DNA of 32,000 nucleotides from Mycobacterium tuberculosis H37Rv (GTDB lineage Bacteria; Actinomycetota; Actinomycetes; Mycobacteriales; Mycobacteriaceae): NCBI RefSeq assembly GCF_000195955.2, contig NC_000962.3, positions 450,001 to 482,000 of the forward strand, read 5' to 3'. Shown piece by piece: positions 25,810 to 32,000 of this stretch (position 1 is its first letter; each line of letters starts with the position of its first letter). The notes under the pieces were generated by a model. It saw only the letters and a program-made list of their open reading frames with translations, ran no database searches and was not told where the DNA came from. The position numbers and the translations under genes were made by a program.

Positions 25810-26184
25810 CATCATTTGCTGGCCACCTTCTGGGGCTGGCGCGCCCAGCAACTGCCCGACGGCACCGTGATTTGGACGCTGCCGGGTGACCAGACCTATG
25901 TCACCACCCCGGGCAGCGCGCTGCTGTTCCCGGCGCTGTGCACCCCCACCGGTGACCCACCTCGACCCGACCCGGCCCGCGCCGACCGCCGCGGGCAGCG
26001 CACCGCGATGATGCCGCGCCGGGCCAGCACCCGAGCGCAAAACCGCGCCCACTACATCGCCGCCGAACGCCACCGCAACCACCAAGCCCGCCGGATTGCC
26101 CACGTGGTCACCCAAACCGCCACAACCGCCCCCGAGACTAACGGCCCACCACCCGATCCCGACGACGACCCGCCGCCCTTCTAA
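25810..26184 (+). pseudogene. Truncated 13E12 gene 3' end (right direct repeat; Rv0397-like), lacking the DUF222 and HNH core
   Basis: Homology to 23744-24106 begins at CATCATTTGCTGGCCACC, which encodes the HH-LLATF of the HNH motif. The 122-codon track ORF (25816-26184) starts at a fortuitous TTG. An in-frame stop lies upstream at 25756-25758. Confidence 0.75.
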
Positions 26185-26393
26185 CCGGTAGGCGCCTGCC
26201 CAAAACACGGGTATTGGGTAAAGGCACGGGGTCCTGATGTTGTTGTATTTCAATGCGATTCAGCTAAGGCCCGGAGCCCATGGCTCGTCCGGATGGTCGG
26301 TTGGGGTGATGTGTATGCCCCTCCTGCTCCATCCCGTTTCCTTGTATCCTCAAGTTTGTCGTTTGGCGCTGTTGCGACAGGAAGGCGTCGATC

Positions 26394-26642
26394 ATGCACG
26401 CACTGAGGTTGGTCGGCTTGGCGATATTGACGGCGATCGCTCCAATCGCGGTCCTCATCGGAAGTAGCCCAGCGCATGCCGATACCGATATTGGTCAACC
26501 GTGCTCGCCGGAAGGCGCGAAACTCTGGGGGAACCCCGGCCCGATATATTGCGAGCGCACGGCGGACGGGCAACTGCAATGGGTATCAATTCCTGCTTGG
26601 GCATTGTGTGTGGCGTTCTGCGACCGGCCTGGCGGGCCATAG
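26394..26642 (+). CDS. Small secreted cysteine-containing protein (Rv0397A-like)
   Basis: 82 aa. Signal peptide MHALRLVGLAILTAIAPIAVLIGSSPAHA followed by DTD, then four Cys in the mature part. GGAAGG lies 9 nt upstream of the ATG. It uses AT-rich codons that are unusual for this genome. Confidence 0.5.
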   Translation: MHALRLVGLAILTAIAPIAVLIGSSPAHADTDIGQPCSPEGAKLWGNPGPIYCERTADGQLQWVSIPAWALCVAFCDRPGGP

Positions 26643-26678
26643 GGGCCCACCAGCGGACCCCCACGGTCCGCCGGCCTG

Positions 26679-27320
26679 CTAGCCCGGCCATGAGCTCGCG
26701 GTGGTTCGGTAGTTCGCGTTGGGCGCACTGCAGAAGTCCGAGGCCGTGCCGGCCAGCAAGACGAAATAGCCCTCTTCGCCGCGGCGGGTGTCGGCGAACG
26801 GCGGGTAGGTCCAACCGTTGTTGCACATCGAAGTCGGCGTGCCCGCCGTGGCCTTGCGCCAACCGGACTTGACGCAGGCCTTGAGGGCGTCGACGTCGGA
26901 AACGGTGCTCTTGGCGACGACCAGCATCGCGCCTCCCCATTGCCCGTCGGTTCGCCGGTAGGCGCGCGCCCCGAAGCCGGCCCCCGAGCCGGCTGTGTTC
27001 TGTTGGCAGCCCAACACCCGCTGCAGCGGCAAGAACACCGACGCCACATCGCGGTCCGCGACAGCGGCTGCGGCCGTGATGAATTGAGCCGCGTCCGAGC
27101 CGTCAACCTCCTGGACGGTGGGATCTCCGAAGCTAAACAGCTGCTGTGAGATCCGCTGTCGCAGCGCGGCGTCACCGTCGCCGATGACCGGTCCGCTGCC
27201 GCTGGATGTCATCGGGGGCAGCGCGCCGGTGGGTTCCGCGCCCGCGGTGGGCGCGGCGGCCAGCACGGCCAGGGACAAACCGCACGCGGCGACACCGACA
27301 ACGCGGGCAATGACTCCCAT
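26679..27320 (-). CDS. Secreted protein of unknown function (Rv0398c-like)
   Basis: 213 aa. Signal peptide MGVIARVVGVAACGLSLAVLAAAPTAGAEP. The mature part has several Cys. It lies 6 nt downstream of lpqK in the same orientation. Confidence 0.7.
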   Translation of the reverse strand: MGVIARVVGVAACGLSLAVLAAAPTAGAEPTGALPPMTSSGSGPVIGDGDAALRQRISQQLFSFGDPTVQEVDGSDAAQFITAAAAVADRDVASVFLPLQRVLGCQQNTAGSGAGFGARAYRRTDGQWGGAMLVVAKSTVSDVDALKACVKSGWRKATAGTPTSMCNNGWTYPPFADTRRGEEGYFVLLAGTASDFCSAPNANYRTTASSWPG

Positions 27321-27326
27321 GGCTAC

Positions 27327-28556
27327 CTACCTCCCCGGCGGCATGGGTGGGGCGTCGTTCGGTGCTACCTCGGCACCGATCTTGCGAAATAGTATGTCGG
27401 CCTGGTTGCGGTAGTTGCCCTGGTCATCGAAGGCCTCGGGGGCGTAGGTGACTGCGACCGCCACCGCGACCCGTTGCGACGGCAGATAGGCCTCCACCGC
27501 GGCGTAACCGGCGAACATGGGATTTTGCAGCAGCCAATGGCCGGATATGACGATCCCGAGACCATAGCTGTAGCCGTCGTTCTGCTCGAAGCAGGTGGGG
27601 CAGCCCGGCTGGGCGCGGGTCTTGCCGCGCAGCTCGGTCGACACCATCTTCTTGTACGAATCCGCCGAGAGCAGCCTGCCCGACCCGATCCCCACCGCGG
27701 TGGCCTCCATGTCGTAGATGGTGGTGGTTTGGATGGCGCCGTGGGTGATGGTCCACGACGGATTCCAGAAGGTCGATTCCTCGTAAAACGGCACGCCGGC
27801 AGGAATTTTCAAGGCCGCTCGGCGCTCGGAGGTGAATGCATGCAAGGCGGGCTCGGGGATGGCGGGGGTATCGGAGTTGGCGGTGGCCGTGAGGCCCAGG
27901 GGGGAAAGGACCTTGCGCTGCAGCAGGGTTGGCATGTCTTGGCCGGCGGCCTTCTCCAACGCCAGCCCCAGCAAGAGGTAATTGGTGTGCGCGTAGTTCC
28001 AGTTGGTGCCCGGGTCGTAAAGCAGTGGCCGTGAAGAGATTTGATCGAGTAACTCTTGTGTTGTCCACTGCCGGAACGGATTAGCGTAAAGCTCGGCATC
28101 AAACGCCTCGTTGCCGAGGACGTAGTCGGGGTAGCCGGATGTCATCTGCGCTAGTTGACCCAGCGTGACCCGGTCGGCGTGCGGAAAGTCGGGAAGCCAC
28201 CTGGACAGCTTGTCGTCCAGGCGCAGCTTTTTTTCGTCGACCAGTTTGAGCAACAGCGTCGCGACATAGGAGATTGCGACCGCGCCGTTGCGAAAGTGCA
28301 TGGCGGTGGTGGCCGGCACGCCGGTCATCGAGTCGCCGACGGCCCGCGTCACGACCTCCTTGCCGGCCACGGTGACCCGGACCAGCACCGCCTTCAGATG
28401 CGCTTGCGTCATGAAGTCACGCACAATCCGGATGACCGCGTCGGCCTTGGCCCCGTTGTTGGTCGGCGACGAAGCCGGCCCGGTGCGGGGTGGGGCGCAG
28501 CCGGCCAGCAGCCCGAGAGCCAGGACCGAACACCCGAGGCGCCGCAAGACGGGCAT
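27327..28556 (-). CDS. lpqK: Lipoprotein with a beta-lactamase/transpeptidase-like (class C / esterase) fold
   Basis: 409 aa. Lipobox LLAGC at the N-terminus. Family similarity is clear: FRNGAVAISYVATLLLKLVDEKKLRLDDKLSRWLPDF...LAQMTSGYPDY...NYAHTNYLLLG. The canonical SxxK position reads AVAI (see the finding). Confidence 0.9.
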   Translation of the reverse strand: MPVLRRLGCSVLALGLLAGCAPPRTGPASSPTNNGAKADAVIRIVRDFMTQAHLKAVLVRVTVAGKEVVTRAVGDSMTGVPATTAMHFRNGAVAISYVATLLLKLVDEKKLRLDDKLSRWLPDFPHADRVTLGQLAQMTSGYPDYVLGNEAFDAELYANPFRQWTTQELLDQISSRPLLYDPGTNWNYAHTNYLLLGLALEKAAGQDMPTLLQRKVLSPLGLTATANSDTPAIPEPALHAFTSERRAALKIPAGVPFYEESTFWNPSWTITHGAIQTTTIYDMEATAVGIGSGRLLSADSYKKMVSTELRGKTRAQPGCPTCFEQNDGYSYGLGIVISGHWLLQNPMFAGYAAVEAYLPSQRVAVAVAVTYAPEAFDDQGNYRNQADILFRKIGAEVAPNDAPPMPPGR

Positions 28557-28565
28557 GCGACGGTC

Positions 28566-29753
28566 CTACCGGAAGGCGGCCAAGCCCGTGAAGGCCTGAC
28601 CGAGCACCAGCTGATGCATCTCGGGCGTGCCCTCGTAGGTGAGCACCGACTCCAGGTTGACCATGTGCCGGATGACCGGGTACTCCAGCGATATCCCGTT
28701 GCCGCCCAGTATTGTTCGAGCGGTCCGGCAGATTTTGAGCGCTTCCCGGGTGTTGTTGAGCTTGCCGAAGCTGACCTGATCGGGGCGCAGGCCCACCCTG
28801 TCTTTGAGGCGCCCCAGATGCAACGACAGCAGCTGACCCTTGTGCAGTTCCACGGCCATGTCGACGAGCTTGGCCTGGGTCAGCTGGAAGCCGGCGATCG
28901 GACGTCCGAACTGGGTGCGCTGTCTCGCGTAGTCGAGCGCGCACTGCCAGGCCGACCTGGCCGCGCCCATCGCTCCCCAGACGATCCCGTAGCGCGCCTC
29001 CGACAGGCATGCCAGCGGCGCCCTGAGGCCGGTCGCGCCGGGCAGCATGGCGTCGGCGGGCAGCCGGACATTGTCGAGCACCAGCTCGCTGGTGATCGAC
29101 GCCCGCAGCGACAGCTTGTGACCGATGGTGTTGGCGGTGAAACCCGGGGTGTCGGTGGGCACGATGAATCCGCGGATTCCGTCGTCGGTGGCGGCCCACA
29201 CGATCGCCACGTCGGCGACCGAGCCGTTGGTGATCCACATCTTGCCCCCGGTGATCACCCAGTCCGGACCATCGCGTCGCGCCCGGGTTTTCATCGCGGC
29301 CGGGTCGGAGCCGACGTCGGGCTCGGTGAGCCCGAAGCAGCCGAGCAGGTCACCGGTGGCCATGCCGGGCAGCCACTGCCGCTTTTGCTCGTCGGAGCCA
29401 AAGCTCGCGATGGCGAACATCGCCAGCGAACCCTGTACCGACACCAGCGACCGGATGCCGGAGTCGGCGGCCTCCAGCTCCCGGCAGGCCAGGCCATAGT
29501 GCACCGCCGACGCGCCGCCACAGCCGTGGCCGTGCAGCTGCATTCCCAGCAGTCCGAGTTCGCCGAACTGTTTGGCCAAATCGCGCGCGACCGGTAGGTC
29601 GCCGTCCTCGAACCACGCCGCGACGTGCGGGGTGACGTGTTCGGCGCAGAACCGCCTGACGGTGTCGCGGACGGCGATCTCGTCGCTGGATAGCGACGCG
29701 TCCAGTCCCAGCGGGTCGTCGCGGTCAAGGGCGGGTGGTGTCGGGGTGCTCAT
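28566..29753 (-). CDS. fadE7: Acyl-CoA dehydrogenase, glutaryl-CoA dehydrogenase-like
   Basis: 395 aa from ATG 29753. ACAD family motifs: GCFGLTEPDVGSD, KMWITNG, and YEGT near the C-terminus (catalytic Glu context). Confidence 0.93.
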   Translation of the reverse strand: MSTPTPPALDRDDPLGLDASLSSDEIAVRDTVRRFCAEHVTPHVAAWFEDGDLPVARDLAKQFGELGLLGMQLHGHGCGGASAVHYGLACRELEAADSGIRSLVSVQGSLAMFAIASFGSDEQKRQWLPGMATGDLLGCFGLTEPDVGSDPAAMKTRARRDGPDWVITGGKMWITNGSVADVAIVWAATDDGIRGFIVPTDTPGFTANTIGHKLSLRASITSELVLDNVRLPADAMLPGATGLRAPLACLSEARYGIVWGAMGAARSAWQCALDYARQRTQFGRPIAGFQLTQAKLVDMAVELHKGQLLSLHLGRLKDRVGLRPDQVSFGKLNNTREALKICRTARTILGGNGISLEYPVIRHMVNLESVLTYEGTPEMHQLVLGQAFTGLAAFR

Positions 29754-29788
29754 CACTCAATACTGCCCCGGCCCGGTAGCCTCGCGGC

Positions 29789-30160
29789 ATGCGACCACGG
29801 CGCGCGCTGGCGGGGCTGGCCGCCGACGTCGTCGCCGTGCTGGTGTTCTGCGCGGTGGGACGTCGCAGCCACGCCGAAGGACTGAGCGTCACCGGCCTGG
29901 CGGCTACGGCATGGCCATTTCTCACCGGCACTGGTATCGGTTGGGTGCTGGCTCGCGGCTGGCGGCGGCCGACCGCCCTCGCCCCCACGGGGGTGATCGT
30001 GTGGCTGTGCACCATCGTGGTCGGCATGGTGTTACGCAAGGTCAGTTCGGCGGGTGTGGCCGCGAGTTTCGTCGTGGTCGCGTCCGCGGTCACCGCGGTG
30101 CTGCTGCTGGGTTGGAGAGCCGCCGTTGCGCTGATGGCACCGCACCGCGCGGACGGCTGA
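29789..30160 (+). CDS. Small integral membrane protein, about 4 TM helices (Rv0401-like; DUF3054-type from memory)
   Basis: 123 aa. Four hydrophobic segments separated by Arg-rich loops, and a GRRSHAEG motif after the first helix. Confidence 0.75.
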   Translation: MRPRRALAGLAADVVAVLVFCAVGRRSHAEGLSVTGLAATAWPFLTGTGIGWVLARGWRRPTALAPTGVIVWLCTIVVGMVLRKVSSAGVAASFVVVASAVTAVLLLGWRAAVALMAPHRADG

Positions 30161-30354
30161 GAAGGCCAAATGTCGTCGGGGTGTTCGCCGACCCCGGGAT
30201 TTCCGACGTCCGCCTCCGTGCCCTCGAAGTCTCAGTACCGAGCCAGATTTCACGGTCGAGACCCCAACCAACAGGTCAGCGCGGTGCCACCGCGATCGTG
30301 ATGTTGGCGCAGGTATGGGCCGCGACCTGTCGAGCTACGACCCGGGCCGTGCCG

Positions 30355-32000
30355 CTACTGCAGCAGCGCTGCGCGTTCCGCACTGAGCGCAGTGGTGCGA
30401 CGAGGCCCGAGCACCTGGGGTTGTCGGGCTAGCCGATCCACCCGACGTGGCCACCAGAACCAGCGGCCGAGCAGAGTTGCCAGCGCAGGCGTCATGTAAG
30501 ACCGGACAACGAGGGTGTCGAACAGCAATCCGATCATGATCGTGGTGCCGATTTGGCCGACGACGCGTAGATCGCTGGCCACCATCGAGCCCATGGTGAA
30601 GGCAAACACCAGTCCGGCGATGGTGACCACTCGGCCGGTGCCGGCCATGGCTCGGATCATGCCGGTTTTGAGGCCGGCCCCGATTTCTTCTTGGAATCGG
30701 GCTATCAAGAGCAGGTTGTAGTCGGATCCGACGGCCAACATGACAATGATGGCCATGGGCAGCACGAGCCAGTGCAGTGGCATATGCAGGATGTGCTGCC
30801 AGATGAGGACCGACAATCCGAAGGCTGAGCCCAGCGAAAGGGCGACCGTGCCGACGATGACGGCGGATGCGACCACGCTTCTGGTGATGCCGAGCATGAT
30901 GATGAAGATCAGGCAAAGCGACGCCACGACGGCGATCATGACGTCATACAGGGTGCCCTCGTGGATGTCTTTGTAGGTGGATGAGGTGCCCGCCAGATAG
31001 ATGCTGGCAGCCTGTAGCGGGGTTCCTTTCACGGCTTCGTCGGCGGCCTGCATGATGGGGTCGATGTGTGAGATGCCTTCAGCGCTCGCGGGATCACCCC
31101 GATGGGTGATGACGAATCGAGCGCAGGTGCCATCGGGGGATAGGAAGAGTTTCAGACCCCGCTGGAAGTCGGGGTTTTGGAAGGCCTCCGGTGGAAGGTA
31201 GAACGAGTCGTCGTTGTTGGCGGCGTCGAATGTTCGACCCATGACGGTGGCGTTGCGGGTCATGTCTTCCATTTGAGTGACCAGTCCGGAGAACGCGCTG
31301 GTCAGTGTTTGGGCAAGGTCTTTGACGGTTTGCATGGTGGCGATCGTGGGGTCCAGTTGGGCGAGTAGTTGCCGCTGTGTGGTGTCCATGCGTTCGGTGT
31401 CGTCGGTGAGGTTGGCAAGGTCCTCGGTGAGCTTGTCGACGTTATCCATGCTGTTCAACAAGGAGCGCATCGACCAGCAGATGGGAATGTCGAAGCAGTG
31501 GCGCTCCCAGTACGTGAAACTTCTGAGGGGGCGCCAGAAGTCGTCGAAATCGGCGATTCGATCGCGTAGTTCGTTGGCGTTGTCTCGCATCTGCCTGGTA
31601 TGAGCGTTCATATCATGGGTGGCATCGGTTAGCTGTCGCGTCAGCTCCTGGGTTCGCTGGGTGATGTCGATCATGCGTTGCAGTTGATCGGTAAGGGTGG
31701 ATAGATCAGCCACGCGGTCCTTGAGGTTCTGCAGGTTTTCGATGGTCATCGTGCTTTGCATGCCGAGCTGAAACGGGATCGACGAGTGGTCGATCGGAGC
31801 CCCCAACGGTCTGGTAATGCTTTGCACCCGCGCGATCCCCGGCGTATGGAAGACGGTTTTGGCGATCCTGTCCAGGATGAGCATGTCGGTCGGGTTACGC
31901 AGGTCGTGATCGGCCTCGACCATCAGGACCTCCGGTTCCATGCGGGCTTGCGGAAAGTGACGGTCTGATGCGAGGTAACCGATGTTGGATGGCGCCGCGC
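30355..32000 (-). CDS. mmpL1: MmpL-family RND transporter; 5' part lies beyond the right edge
   Basis: The C-terminal half of an MmpL: a periplasmic-loop coiled region followed by six TM-like segments. My translation upstream of the track ORF's first Met (31941) stays open to 32000 (...[24 protein letters not shown]), so the gene continues off-window. Confidence 0.92.

Larger units (their letters stand above)
23744..26184. mobile_element. Candidate inserted islet bounded by direct repeats of the 13E12 3' end (remnant, no recombinase seen)
   Basis: About 365 bp direct repeats bracket 1703 bp (24107-25809). That segment carries three ORFs with defence-like or decayed features. REP13E12 repeats are known integration targets in M. 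tuberculosis. Mobility itself is inferred. Confidence 0.35.

Noticed and set aside
26653..26671. 7-bp GC hairpin (GCGGACC-cccac-GGTCCGC) between the small secreted ORF and the Rv0398c-like stop
   Set aside because: The stem is short with no T-tract and is unrelated to the long hairpin family. It is too weak to call a terminator from sequence alone.
28155..29597. 480-aa plus-strand ORF
   Set aside because: It is antisense to lpqK and fadE7, both strongly supported, and spans their intergenic gap. Its composition is Arg/Gly/Pro/His-biased. Shadow ORF.
30280..30294. Perfect 7-1-7 palindrome CGCGGTG-C-CACCGCG in the convergent gap before mmpL1
   Set aside because: By rough estimate, a few such 7-bp inverted repeats are expected by chance in 32 kb of 65 percent GC DNA. 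A 1-nt spacer cannot form an RNA hairpin, and I saw no second copy or associated regulator.

Overview
High-GC actinobacterial chromosome. From gene order and protein sequences I recognise it as Mycobacterium tuberculosis complex DNA, roughly Rv0373c to Rv0402c. Locus tags and gene names are recalled from memory, not searched. Left to right: (1) a minus-strand form-I aerobic CO dehydrogenase operon (xdhC-like, coxM, coxS, coxL, with coxL running off the left edge), divergent from a LysR regulator; (2) a glycine-rich PGRS-like mini-ORF and a dodecin; (3) a SpoU-type methyltransferase, a lipoprotein, pyrE, a membrane protein and clpB, all on the minus strand; (4) a globin-FNR fusion oxidoreductase; (5) the large cyclase-STAND-LuxR protein (Rv0386); (6) a frame-disrupted PPE gene (PPE9 plus Rv0387c); (7) purT, a rhodanese and metZ joined by overlapping stop/start codons; (8) ndhA; (9) a REP13E12 (DUF222/HNH) gene, then a 1.7 kb three-ORF insert, then a second truncated copy of the 13E12 3' end; (10) two secreted proteins, lpqK, fadE7, a small membrane protein and the 3' part of mmpL1, which runs off the right edge. 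I saw no rRNA, tRNA, CRISPR array or IS element. Most of the window is ordinary core genome. The accessory-looking part is about 22.7-26.7 kb. There, direct repeats of about 365 bp from the 13E12 3' end bracket an islet encoding an Abi_alpha-like protein and a split PLD-type nuclease whose HxK histidine is replaced. The 13E12 gene itself carries what look like two compensating frameshifts. Other points worth a second look: two copies of one long tail-less hairpin element placed as terminators, a HAIR-like operator upstream of clpB, a 9-bp tandem repeat upstream of ndhA, and apparently degenerate catalytic motifs in PurT and LpqK. Many long ORFs in the six-frame track are antisense shadows or 5' over-extensions typical of high-GC DNA, and I rejected them.
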